Program-made: the position numbers and the translations under genes
Notes under the pieces: generated by a model
Database searches by the model: none
What the model saw: only the letters and a program-made list of their open reading frames with translations
Told to the model about the DNA's origin: nothing
Source: Penicillus capitatus
Taxonomy: Eukaryota; Plantae; Chlorophyta
Direction of reading: 5' to 3'
Length of the DNA: 64,000 nucleotides
Assembly (NCBI GenBank): GCA_965649825.1
Contig: OZ287698.1
Span: 1,441,949-1,505,948, forward strand
Part shown: piece after piece, positions 1 through 11,039 of the stretch
Position numbering within the stretch: the stretch's first letter is position 1
Layout of the letters: each line of letters opens with the position of its first letter

Positions 1-1531
1 GTCTAAAGGAGTGTCTTTTGTTTTGACATATCTATACATCGCAGAGGGCAATAAGGGATGTGGTTGAGAGCGTATGGATAACCTTTTCCATATGGAGGCT
101 GCGCAGACGAGACAAAAAACAAAAAGTGTTCCCATTGAGACCATTGAAGAAAGTGTAGCAATATCCAGTAGTAGTGTCATGCTCGCAGTGGCGAGACCCG
201 AGAGCACTGTGGCATATATGGGTGTGGATGTATGTTCGTTCACTTCTGCCTAGACATCAGCTGGCCTCTATCAGCCGTTAGCATTCGGGGATACGCACCA
301 GGATTTTTGGGAGAAAGCCTTCTCTACCCAAGACCATAAGCAGACGACAGGGAACGTACATAGCTCCGAACAAAGATGTTACGATTCCGCAGAGTGCACC
401 GAAGGACACGATTCGACTTGCCCAATCCCATCCAATCATTTCAAATGCAGTCGAGTACGCTGCCATGACATCGATCTCGCCATACCTATGAGAGATCATC
501 ACCACACACACATTCACTATAAGGACTCTGTCAAATCTGTCCTGTTACGGGACCATGCCCACGAGGGCGGCAGCCATGAGAATGTAGAGAGTGGTACAGA
601 TCAGGAGGGAGACGATGATGCTGAGGGGTAAATCCCTGGAAGGATTCTTCGAATCTTCAGACACGGTCGCCATCGCTTCGAAACCAAGGTATGAGAAGAA
701 GACGATAGATGTCCCACGGAACATGTTGGAAATGCCGTACTCTTTAGGAAAAAACGGTGTGTAGTTCTCCATGTCAATATTGGGAGCCGATGCTCCCACG
801 ACAAAGATGATGATCATCAGACTGACCGTTGTCGTGATACCATTGAAGGTGAAGGATTCTCGAACGCCATAGGTAAACAGTACTGTCAGGAAGAGCACGA
901 CGACGGTTCCAAATATATCGATCACAAAAGCGTCTGTGTTGTGAAGGGTGATGACTAAAGCATCGCTGTCGATGCCGATCAATGTTGAGAAGTATCCGGC
1001 CAGTCCTTTGGCGACAGCAGCACTCGCAACAGAGCATTCCATCAAGAAACAACTGGCGGCGATCCTGTCACCATAGGGCACGTTGGCTGAAAATTGTGAC
1101 CGACATGGCTGCGTTGGCTGACCATGAAGCAAACTCGCCGAAAACGAGGCTGACGTAGTTATACGAGGCACCGGCGACCGGAACATCTGCTGCAAATTCT
1201 GCGTAGACGAGGGAGCAGAAGAGGGCGGCGATGCCAGCCAATCCATAAGAGAGGATGATGGCAGGTCCTGTCTGTTCACTTGCCACCTCTCCTGTTACGA
1301 CGAAAACGCCAGAGCCGATCATGGATCCCAATCCAAACATGACCTAGGTCGGCATCCAATGCACAACGGATGGTCGGCGTTCGAGACGTCCATAGGGCGA
1401 CGTCTTACCAAATCCAATGGACCGAGCACACGTTTGAGCTTCGTCGACAGTGAGGCTTTGGCAATCATGTCATCGACGGAGGCACAGCGAAAAGCTTTGT
1501 CGCGAAAAGTCGACCAGAAATTTGAAATCAT
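1..1531 (-). CDS. CAT: Cationic amino acid transporter (APC family), copy 1; 3' end runs off the left edge
   Basis: Spliced model MISNFWSTFRDKAFR..LGPLDL|VMFGLGSMIGSGVFVVTG..GPAIILSY..EFAA..FFSYLGFEAMATVSEDSKNPSRDLP. Five GT-AG introns (first 1344-1408); the last acceptor is at about position 3. Confidence 0.92.
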
Positions 1532-1667
1532 CGTGTCGGGTTGCAACGGGGAGGATCAAATCGGCGACGCCTGCGGTGCCGTGCGGACGAAGTCAGTCAA
1601 GAAATCGACCTTTTCTGAGGCGATTTCGATGCGTTTCTTGTGTCTTGAATACTTTGTCGTGCGACTG

Positions 1668-1983
1668 GGACCCCTTGGAATAAATGGATCGTCGTATGAT
1701 TCGACTGTAATGCTCTCATCTTACAACCGCGACTTGTACGGACATCAGTCGTCGTCATACAACAACCGCGCTATCCTTGTGCTTGCGGCGATGTCGCGAC
1801 GGATGAGGTTGAGCTGACGTGCGGCTGTTGCCATCAAAGCTGCACTCAAAGTCCTGTCGCGTTCAGCGGATCGAGGCGATCTCTGATGTCAGAGTCGCAT
1901 CAGGAGTCACCTTACACCGCGAACGTGAAGCGGAAGTTCGCGTGGTCGCGATAAATGTCCGACCATGGACCGTGAGTTGCGCC
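1668..1983 (-). repeat. Dispersed non-coding repeat, segment A (reverse-complement match to 24165-24480)
   Basis: Manual alignment: the reverse complement of 1690-1983 matches 24165-24460 along its length, e.g. TACAAGTCGCGGTTGTAAGATGAG, CTCTGACATCAGAGATCG and CGCGAACTTCCGCTTC. It continues more weakly to about 1668. Confidence 0.9.
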
Positions 1984-2290
1984 GCTGACGGGAATCGTCT
2001 GTCCGAGTCAGCGATCTCCTCGTCCGCGGCGCACGACGCACCACCGAAGAATACTGAGCTTCGTCTGTGGCGAGCCATATTCTCAATTTTTGACGGCGTT
2101 TTGCGCCTTACTCCCAACCCTGTCAATCTAAAGCAGAGGTTTGACATCGTCGCGGTACACTGCCGCAAACACACGGATTACAAAGAGGCAGAGTTCAAGA
2201 GGGGACGCGCATTAAGTGAGTATCCTCATGGTGATGTGACCCGGAAGGGGACAGCTGTCCGAATGGTACGACAGCGAAGCTAACAGCTGT

Positions 2291-3971
2291 CCCCCGAGAC
2301 AGGTAATAATAAAAAGGTTGGCGGTTTTACATGACTTTTGTTTGTTTAAACATATCAGCCATGCAGGGTGTCGTTTAGGGCCCTAGTAAGCAGTCCACCC
2401 TGGTAACTGCCAACTGCCAAAGACCGTCTTTTGAACTACAGAGCATGAATGTAATGAAATGTGGATCAGGAAACTCCTCGGGGGGCGCTGGGAAACCGTG
2501 CAAACGAGCGGATGGGTAATACCATGTAGTCTAACGTGGCGAACGCGGTCTTGGGGTCCTTCAGTTGCTCATAGAGAGTCTTCGACACGAAGACCTTCAA
2601 GTTCCTGCTGGGTGTCCATTCCGGGAGGGGCTGTCCGGCAGAGTCACGTTTGCGGCGATTCATTCGGTGTGGAGCTGCAAAGTGCTCTTCTTCGAGTTCG
2701 GGCGCAGGGATCTGCCAGCGAGAAGCATTCTGTTCGGCGATGGCTGCGATTGCGGCTTCTGGTTCTATGTCCAGATCGACATTGCTGATGACCACGGGGA
2801 CTTTGTCTTTGGTTGGCGAGAGGTACGAATTATTCACTGTGAATGTACCGATATCCGGCAGTTCTAGGTCCCAGGCATCTCCTGCACATTCCAGGCAGCG
2901 ATCCAGCGATTTCTCGAAGGACTCCCGCAGATCGGCACGGATTTGCACGTAGTAGCGGCCTCCGTGATCTGTACGGATGTCTTCCACGTGCTCCTTGAGG
3001 TTCCTGATCTTGAGCCTTCGCTCCAGACTGATTCCGAGCTGACGGAACGACGGGCGATCTTCCTTCAGTTTCACTGGGCACAGCTGGAAACTGCGCTCAT
3101 CGCATCGGATCTGGGCTTTAAGCTCCTGGGTTTTCTTCCTTAGTTCTCTGGCCTGGGCGTTCCGTTGCTGCTGTGCAGGGGTCTTTGTGGGCAAGGCCTT
3201 TCGGGCGGCATCCCGGTACGATCGAGGAACAGCGCTTCCGGATTCTGTCGCTGCTTGGTTTCTGTCCGCAGGAGCAGGGGGCGTGGAGTGAGCGGCGGTT
3301 GGTGTCCAATCCGTGATGCTATGGTAGAACAGCATGCAAGTGTGTACCTCGTGCATCGTGGAAAGAGCCTCGGAGAGACGAGCGGCAAGCGGGTGTTCCT
3401 TGGGTACGAACGGCGAGGCGATCATCTCGATCTGCGCGATAGACGAGCGGATGTCATCGGAGAGTGCTCTGAGGAATTCGCTCGGCGGCACCGAGTGTCT
3501 TGAGCGACAGAGGGATGCCGTGTTTGATTCTTCCCCCTTGGGCAGGTCTGGTGCTTCCGGCGCCAGGAGAAGCTGGTTGCGCAGGTTCTCGAGTCTATTC
3601 GCTAGAACCAGCTGGGCTTCGTCTTTCTTTTTATGCGCCGACAGGTAGTCACGGATCTTCGAGATGAGCGTGACTGGGTCCACGGACGCAGCGATGTGCG
3701 TGGGGCAGGCTTGGAGGGCAGTGTTGACGAGGATGAGCTCCTTCTTGCTCATCGCTTCGAGAACCTCTGGGGACAGGCGCAGATCGCGCCTGTACCTGAC
3801 CGTGTTCGCAGCCTGCGCCACCGCCGTGCGCACCGGGTCGGGGGCGGTGTCAGGACCTCCGGTCTGCGAGCCTGAGGGCTGCATCGTTCGCGTTAGTGCG
3901 TGCGGGCACCGTCGTTCGGCAAGGGTTTTAAACGCGGCAGAACGAAAGTGTCGTACCCCCCGAGACAGGTA
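2291..3971 (-). mobile_element. Non-autonomous non-LTR retroelement (ORF1 only) bounded by a 15-bp direct repeat
   Basis: CCCCCGAGACAGGTA occurs at 2291-2305 and 3957-3971 (putative target-site duplication). The first ATG is 72 nt inside the 5' boundary. No reverse transcriptase ORF is present. Confidence 0.6.
2466..3884 (-). CDS. LINE ORF1/gag-like protein, ending before the expected zinc knuckles
   Basis: Intronless ORF (open from 4250; first ATG at 3884). It has a coiled coil, an SYRDAARK motif and a VPVVISNVDLDIEPE..HRMNRR..PSRNLKVFV segment resembling non-LTR ORF1, and stops where CCHC knuckles normally start. Confidence 0.6.
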   Translation of the reverse strand: MQPSGSQTGGPDTAPDPVRTAVAQAANTVRYRRDLRLSPEVLEAMSKKELILVNTALQACPTHIAASVDPVTLISKIRDYLSAHKKKDEAQLVLANRLENLRNQLLLAPEAPDLPKGEESNTASLCRSRHSVPPSEFLRALSDDIRSSIAQIEMIASPFVPKEHPLAARLSEALSTMHEVHTCMLFYHSITDWTPTAAHSTPPAPADRNQAATESGSAVPRSYRDAARKALPTKTPAQQQRNAQARELRKKTQELKAQIRCDERSFQLCPVKLKEDRPSFRQLGISLERRLKIRNLKEHVEDIRTDHGGRYYVQIRADLRESFEKSLDRCLECAGDAWDLELPDIGTFTVNNSYLSPTKDKVPVVISNVDLDIEPEAAIAAIAEQNASRWQIPAPELEEEHFAAPHRMNRRKRDSAGQPLPEWTPSRNLKVFVSKTLYEQLKDPKTAFATLDYMVLPIRSFARFPSAPRGVS

Positions 3972-4499
3972 TCGCCCTTGCTCTGATTCCCGTCGGGGCT
4001 CTTCCTCGTCGACTTCTGCGTCGGTGGGTCCGTCCTCCCCAGGGCTATGCAGTTGGTCCTCGACTTGGGTGGCGTCTTGTCGAGCGTCGGGATTTCCTCG
4101 TTCCGCTTGTCTGAAGAAGTCGAGCGCCGATAAGTAGGGTGTGTGCTGGTACAGTGGTGGGTAAGGAACAACGGCACGCGAGGGTACTAGCGCCTCGTCG
4201 TCAGCCAGGATGAGAGTTTCTTGCGCGTGTCTTACGCCGAAGGTACACAAAGCCCAAAACGCTTACAAGAACAAAAGCCTCAGAGTCTCCCCTTTTTGTC
4301 AATTTATCCAGTCTAAGCGATGTGACCCTCTGAACAGGTGAGTCATCCCTCGTCCGGGGCCAGAGAATGACGCCTCAGATGACTCAACTTGCACCCCCAA
4401 GACATGAACCCATCGGAAACGAGGCAGTCACATCATCACGCCAAATCTTGGCGACAACAGGCATCATGTCCAATCAGTTGAGTCAGTTAGCTCACAGGA

Positions 4500-4600
4500 A
4501 ATTCGCGTCGTCGTGATTAGTCTTCCGCTACGGATCGTGAGTTGCGCGGACTGTGATCTGGTGGCGTGTTATATTGTGGCTTGCTGTTGACTTACAAGTC
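4500..4600 (-). repeat. Dispersed repeat, segment B (reverse-complement match to 24120-24210)
   Basis: TTCGCGTCGTCGTGATTAGTCTTCCGCTACGGATCGTGAGTTGCGCGGACTGTGATCTGGTGGCGTG aligns to the reverse complement of 24120-24210. Its first 46 nt also match 1937-1983. Confidence 0.85.
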
Positions 4601-5258
4601 GATTCGCAACCGAGTGACAGGTGTCAACCTTCTACATCGAACGATGGATGTCCCAATACGCGATATGCCGATCCGGTCACCCCCGATTTCGCCGACGCGC
4701 ATCATTGCTCGACCTTCGCTTGCGTCCCTTCATGTGACAGAAGGTCGTCGATATTGAGATCGGCGGATCGATTAGAGAGATGACGTCGTCCAATGGTCAA
4801 CTTAACAGTGATAAACGAACGTCCATTGATGAATGTCAAAGGTTTCTTTTTTTGCGACAGTGCATCGTGTAACACTCTCTAGTTACGGAAATGTACACAG
4901 GAATGCACAGAAGAGCAATTCCTGAAGAGCTGTGAACACTAAAGACTGTATAGGAAAGAGTACAAATGTTGCCTTGCTGACAGTTGGAGACTCCACGTTC
5001 CCATTGCTCGACAAATGAAGACATGTAAAGAACGATAGATGATGGCTTCTCAAAGCTTCATTTCTTCCCTTTTCCTTTTTTCGTTTCTGAAAGGTGTGAT
5101 ATCGAAAACACTCTGCAATGCACCAACAACAACAACAAGCCATGCAATAACTGGAACATCCGGTAATAGGAAAAAGATATGAATTAGACGGACTGCTAGG
5201 ACATGCACTGGCTGTTGGGACAGCCGATTCGCAAGTCTCTCTGTGTCTTGCTTTCTCT

Positions 5259-7225
5259 CTAGGAGACTTCTTGAATGATCAATGGTTCTGCTTCGCACAG
5301 GGCAGCAGGCTGATAGGACAAGGACGAGGAAGGGCGATTTTCGCCCGTGCGATGCATACCATAGAAGAAGTAGATGCACGTCGATACGACTAAGCATGCA
5401 GCAAAACGAATATAAGCCTCTGGGCCAAGTGTCGTCAGTAGGTGTACACAACACAGCAATCCTAGACAGGAGATGAGAGGCTGCATGCTTAACGCAAATG
5501 TGGTTGGTCTAAAGATGACGGGCAGTGGTGTGAAGGACAGAACCACTGCAAAGTAACAACCTGAAAGTCACACACCGTCTCCCATATGCAGACAGTCAAT
5601 GCGGTACCGACCTATGAACAACAACCATGTCCACAGCGGCCAAGCTCTGTCGATAGAAAGGCCTTCGAAAACGCCAACGGTCACCATCAACACCAAGCGC
5701 AGAGCAATCCACCCATGGTGAACAGGTTGCACAGCATCCTCGCAACAGAAGTTGTTGGCCGACGCCACATACCTGAAATCCAGTCTGCCTTAGATTCAGG
5801 CAATAGAGAGACGGTCTGTCTACCTTCTCCAAATGGAAGACATACAGACGAGGGAGAAAACGAACAAGATGCCCATCGATGTGGTTGACGTGAGCTCGTG
5901 CAAATCCAAGAGCATCGCCATCGTTGCCGAGATAGCACCCGTCAAGACGGTGGCATACAGTGGCGTGGATGTATATCCATTCACGTTTGCCTAAACGCGC
6001 TCGGCCCTCCACCAAATGTGCAGAAAAGAACAACGCACCAAGATTTTTGGCAGGAACCCTTCTCTGGCCAGAACCATAATCATGCGACACGGTACACACA
6101 TGGCGCCAAGGAGAGAGGTAATGATGCCACACATGGCGCCAAAAGAGACAATCCGACCAGCCCAACCCCATCCAACGGTTTCGAATCCTGTCGAGAATGC
6201 AGCCATGGCATCGATCTCTTTGTATCTGCAGTAGCCATCTCCATTGCCCGACGATGGAATTTTCGAAGGTACTCACGAGACCATGCCCACAAGGGCGGTT
6301 GCCATTAGCACGTAGAGAAAGGTGCAGATTGTCAAAGAGGTCAAAATGCTTAATGGCAGATCTCTCGAGGGATTCTTCGCGTCTTCTGCCACCGTCGCTA
6401 ACGCATCAAAGCCGATAAAGGAAAAGAACACCAGAGAAGCTCCCCGAAAAACACTGGAGCTTCCAAACTCGCTGGGAAAGATGGGAACATAATTGTCTAC
6501 ATCGATGTGTGGAATGGCGGCTCCGGCAAGAAAGAGAATGACGATTAGACTGAGTGTTGTGGCGATTCCATTGAAAGTAAAGGACGCGCGGACCCCATAG
6601 GCCAACAAAGCTGTCAAGAATATGATGGTAACCGCCGCTGCAATATCAAGCTCCATCCCTCCTGCACTGTTCGATGTAAAAACCAGCGCCTTTGTATCGA
6701 TGCCTGTGAGCGTCGCTACATAGCCTGCCACGCCTTTTGCGACGGCAGAGGCCATCGTGGAATAGCTTACTAGTATACAACTTGCCGCTAGCCTAAAATG
6801 GCAGGCGGTTGAGAAGTCTACCGTCTGGAAGTCATACCAAGAAGTGGCTTCCCCAAAGACGAGATCTATGTAGTTGTAGGCCGCGCCGGAGACGGGAATG
6901 TCTGCGGCAAATTCCGAGTAGACAAGGGCGCAAAACATCGCCGCAATGCCGGCCACCGCGTAAGAGAGAATGATGGCAGGACCCGTCTGCTCGTGAGCCA
7001 CTTGGCCCGTGACGACGTAGACTCCCGCGCCGAGCATCGTCCCCACGCCGAGCAAGACCTAAACAGATCAGATTCTTCCGTAACGCGAAGGGGGGCGCTT
7101 ACGAGGTCAAGAAAACTCAAAACGCGTTCAAGCTTTCCATTGGCCGGTGCCTTGCCAACCAGTTCTTCGATGGTCGTGCATCGGAAAGCTCTTCCCCGGA
7201 ATTTCGACCAGACGCTCATAGACAT
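5259..7225 (-). CDS. CAT: Cationic amino acid transporter (APC family), copy 2, complete
   Basis: MSMSVWSKFRGRAFR..|VLLGVGTMLGAGVYVVTG..FFSFIGFDALATVAEDAKNPSRDLP..C-terminal TM region. Six GT-AG introns; the first five are at the same positions as in copy 1. Confidence 0.93.
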
Positions 7226-7241
7226 CGAAAATGATGCGCGA

Positions 7242-10103
7242 CTACATGTGCTTCTTTTTCCGTCTCTTTGGCAAACATCTGTACAGGGCAATACAAACGC
7301 AGACCAATAAGCAACCGCCAACGATTTCGTCCCCGATGCCCCAGATATAACGCCCCTGTCCACTGCACTTGAGTGGCTCTGTGCCACTCTCGATTCTCAT
7401 ACAGGCCGCCAAAAAACGTTTGGCTGTGTCTTCGATGGTAGAAAGCCTCCATGTGGCCTTTTCGAAATCCATATTGCCTGCATCACTTAACGTACGCCTC
7501 CACATCTCCACGATCTCGCCGAAATCTTTTAACAGCGCAATCAACTGTGGAGCCTCGCTCTGGACAAACTCAAATGTCCGATCCGTCGATTCCACCGATT
7601 CCAATAAACGGATGCCGTGATTGACCATCTCGATGGAGAGATCGACCGAATCGAGAATGTACGTTCGATGCAATGCATCTTTCTGAGCCTGAGAGATCTT
7701 CCATCCGGGAGATGTCATAGAAAAAGGATTGGCACCGATGGACCACATCCAGTCATGCGCAACGGCTCGATGCTCGGGACTGTATCCCAGATGAGAAGGC
7801 AGAATACCACCAAGATACTGCAGCACAGCAGCCAATGTTGCCTTGAGCGGAGCTGCCAGCATCTGCCCAACAATACTGGGTCCACACGTGATGCCCGATG
7901 GATGCTGTCCTCGATACTGACTGTTCTGCACCACGATGACCATGTCTTCCAAGGCTCTGGCAACGTAGTGTCGATCGATGAAGATCGGACGATCCCTGTC
8001 GAGGATCAGCACAAAAATCGGCACGTCTAATTGCGTCTGCTGCGTTGTCGCCGTTGTTTTCTTTTGAGGACCTGCGTCACCAAACAACTGCTTTGTTAAG
8101 AGCGATCGCAATTCGAGCGAATCGAAGTAGAGACGCTCTTCGCTCTGAAAACTCGTTTCCGTGTTCAGACTCTCCAGTGTCGACGATCGGAGCGATGCTG
8201 CTAGACTGGACGACAGGAACGGATCGTCCAAGATGTTCTGATGACGCACAACGAAATGAAATTCCTGCCGTTCCAGTTTCAATCCCATCAACTCCTTCTT
8301 CAGATTCTCCGTATCGAATGGCCTCCTCGCTTCCGTCGGGTCTCTCGGAGCATCTGTCAAGAGATAGATCCGAAACGTCACACTCTTGGCATAAGGTGTT
8401 GACACATCCATGTCCTCTGAGTTGTTGTGTTTCCATGTGAGCGTCGGTGGAATGAAGACATGACGCACGGCACGAGAGACCAAGGCCGAGGCGTGAGCCA
8501 AGAAGAGATCTTTCATGCGCCCCTCGTGTTCCATCTCTGCTACGTCGACGTCGTCGTCCATTCCGAACCATTCCAGGAAAAGTTCATCGCCGTCTCGGGC
8601 AACAAACACATTCTCGTTTCTGGAGAGCTCTGTCAAAGCGTCGTGGAGTCGCTGGCAGAAGACAGGTGGCCGAGTGGAATGCGCACAGTGTTCGGAATGA
8701 AAACGACTGAGCAGATCGATTTCGGCATCCCGCATGATGTCTTTGGGCACGTAGCCTTCCACTTTGTAAGCATGCAGGTTCTCCATGCGTTCATCTCTCT
8801 GCGTTTTCAATTTCTCCTTCAGACTCTCCGACTCTTTGTTTGCCTCCTTGGTCGGCGGTTTCTTCAGGAAATAGTCTTCGATAGAAGGCAGCGTGGATAG
8901 GGTCTTCACACCATCGCCGCCAACAAGCGGTCCCCAGTCAACTGGTTTGGCGGCCAAATCGATCAAGATCCATCGTCGATGCCCTGCCCACATGTCAAGA
9001 GCACAGCCCTCTTCAGGTTCAAGCACGCGGAGTCCGCCCGCCCCAGATATCGTCGATCGATGATTGGCGTTTTTCGACAGCAGACTCAGAATCTCTGTCA
9101 GTGGCGCATCTCCATGCATTCCTTTCATCAGAACAACGTCTCTGAGAACTTTGAGATCCGGGTGCAGTCTTTGCAGTATCTTCATCCGCTGTTGGATCCA
9201 GGACTGGATTTGGTAGGACCACATGCCGCTCTCTTGCATCAAGGACTTCACGTCAAATTTCTCGTTGTGTCGTGCAGGATGCCATCGTCTGCTTACCAAA
9301 TCCTGTCCCGGTGGAATCGGCATGTGATTTGCGTAACTTCCTGCCAGCTTCTTCAGTTTCAGGACGGCGTCCGGCGAGATGGACAGGTAATCGATTTCTG
9401 CTTTGGAGAATCCGGCTCTGTAGACATACGCATCATCGAGATCTGGATTGATCAGCAGGATATTGTAACTCCACAGAATTCCCAATTCCGCCAGCATTCC
9501 GTCAATGACCCCTTCCAGTGATGCGACATCCACTTGATACTCCGATGTCTGGCCGCCAAAACTGTCGGGTCGTGAAAGCGCCTTCAGCATTTCTGCAAAT
9601 TGCAAAGAGAGCTCCGATGTCACCTCAATCGCATGGACAGATACATTGTAGTGCACGTAGCTGTGCAATGGCTTCGGTTTTCGAACAGATTCGAAATGCA
9701 GACACATGCCATCTTCTTTGCACGTCAGTTCACTCAGAGGCACTCGGGTATGCGGCAGAATGTGATCCAAAGTGGAGAACCATTCGTGCAATTCCTCCGG
9801 TCGGATCTGAACCTTTGTCCTTCCATCCCCATCGAACCCAATGAGCACCACATTGACTGGAATGGGCAGATGAATGCCTTCGACGGACGAGAGACCGAGA
9901 TATGCAGCGACATCTGATGACTCGGCGAATACATCCGGATCGTCGAATGTGCGTTTGTGCAACTCCCGAACGCGCGAGAGTTCGTCCGATTCCCATGACA
10001 GCGCTGAAGGTCCTGAGCCGAAAAGATGTGCCGAGTGAACGACATCGACGAAGAACGCGACCAGGGCGAAGAGACGAAGACGCGTCATTAAATTCCGTAC
10101 CAT
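7242..10103 (-). CDS. Conserved uncharacterised membrane-anchored protein, similar to Arabidopsis At5g58100 (953 aa)
   Basis: Intronless ORF with an N-terminal signal peptide, IPVNVVLIGFDGDG..RPEELHEWFSTLDHILPHTRVP (recalled match to the plant family), and a C-terminal TM followed by a basic tail. Alternative start at 10088. Confidence 0.8.
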   Translation of the reverse strand: MVRNLMTRLRLFALVAFFVDVVHSAHLFGSGPSALSWESDELSRVRELHKRTFDDPDVFAESSDVAAYLGLSSVEGIHLPIPVNVVLIGFDGDGRTKVQIRPEELHEWFSTLDHILPHTRVPLSELTCKEDGMCLHFESVRKPKPLHSYVHYNVSVHAIEVTSELSLQFAEMLKALSRPDSFGGQTSEYQVDVASLEGVIDGMLAELGILWSYNILLINPDLDDAYVYRAGFSKAEIDYLSISPDAVLKLKKLAGSYANHMPIPPGQDLVSRRWHPARHNEKFDVKSLMQESGMWSYQIQSWIQQRMKILQRLHPDLKVLRDVVLMKGMHGDAPLTEILSLLSKNANHRSTISGAGGLRVLEPEEGCALDMWAGHRRWILIDLAAKPVDWGPLVGGDGVKTLSTLPSIEDYFLKKPPTKEANKESESLKEKLKTQRDERMENLHAYKVEGYVPKDIMRDAEIDLLSRFHSEHCAHSTRPPVFCQRLHDALTELSRNENVFVARDGDELFLEWFGMDDDVDVAEMEHEGRMKDLFLAHASALVSRAVRHVFIPPTLTWKHNNSEDMDVSTPYAKSVTFRIYLLTDAPRDPTEARRPFDTENLKKELMGLKLERQEFHFVVRHQNILDDPFLSSSLAASLRSSTLESLNTETSFQSEERLYFDSLELRSLLTKQLFGDAGPQKKTTATTQQTQLDVPIFVLILDRDRPIFIDRHYVARALEDMVIVVQNSQYRGQHPSGITCGPSIVGQMLAAPLKATLAAVLQYLGGILPSHLGYSPEHRAVAHDWMWSIGANPFSMTSPGWKISQAQKDALHRTYILDSVDLSIEMVNHGIRLLESVESTDRTFEFVQSEAPQLIALLKDFGEIVEMWRRTLSDAGNMDFEKATWRLSTIEDTAKRFLAACMRIESGTEPLKCSGQGRYIWGIGDEIVGGCLLVCVCIALYRCLPKRRKKKHM

Positions 10104-10114
10104 TGAAAACAGTA

Positions 10115-10546
10115 TTACTTGCGCCGGCGTCTCATCGAAACGTAAGCGAGTGCGCCAATCAACGCTGTGGCGAGTTCAAAGCGCAGGAATGCAGGTGATG
10201 AGGTCGGTGGAGTGGTATTCGCTGCATGGACACCTGTATCGGCCTCCTTGGCTTCGCACCCTTCGGCTTTCAGTTCCCATTTGTCCCCGTCTGTCTCGTT
10301 TTCCGTCTTTGTGCAATTTTGCACGAGTCGGTAACCCGTTTGGCGACAGTACTCCTCTGTGGATTCATCTTCGGGACACTTGTCGCAAGGACCTGTTCAG
10401 AATGTGGCACGACGGAAGTCGAATCGCAGCTGTTGTTTACGAATAAGGTAACATGACGTTTCGGCGCTGTTCTCCGCGGCCGTCGCTTCGGCCAGGACGC
10501 AGAAGCTGAGCGCCAACAGTGATAGAAGAAGGAGATGATGATGCAT
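10115..10546 (-). CDS. JTB (jumping translocation breakpoint)-like small type I membrane protein
   Basis: Removing intron 10393-10440 gives signal peptide + CYLIRPCDKC..YCRQTGYRLVQNC..C..FLRFELATALIGALAYVSMRRRRK. This matches the JTB Cys / TGY / FE-TM-RR pattern. Confidence 0.65.
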
Positions 10547-11039
10547 TCTGTTCACAAGGCCTTCGGTGTTCGACATGAAATGTCGCATTATAGGACGTCT
10601 GCATACCAGTGGACATTGAAAATTACCTATTCAGTCTGCCCCATCACAAAGACGGTCTTGTCGAACCTCCCAGGTGAAGCGGCGAGCAAGAATGAGCGGC
10701 TGCGCGTAAAAGTCCCGTCGGCAGCGCCAACCACCCGCCACTCTAGCGGTCATGGCTGCATTGACGGGTACCTCCATTTCACCAAAAAGAGCTTTGTACT
10801 TTGTTTGTTCTCACTTATTTCTCGTTTTCTGCTACTCCCCGAACAACTCAATCATTCAAAGCTTCTTCTTTGTACCACATACAGGTTTATTTGTAACTTC
10901 CTCTCGATGGGAACGGGCGATGTGACCTCGCCCTAGGAGCTATTCCAGAAGAGAATACGAACGTATTGACCGCTCTGTCCCAGAATTGTTTGCCTCGTTG
11001 TCTTATGCATCGAACGCTTTGTGAATCTTAATTCCCACA

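Noticed and set aside
2374-2386. TTTAGGG telomere-like word
   Set aside because: Single copy, not an array.
2233-4328. GATGTGACCC at 2233 and 4319 as the TSD of an outer nested element
   Set aside because: A 10-nt match is expected by chance in a few kb, and there is no other support.
7369-9917. Many 80-180 aa ORFs antisense to the 953-aa gene, and similar ORFs elsewhere
   Set aside because: Shadow ORFs expected opposite real coding sequence at this base composition; no motifs.
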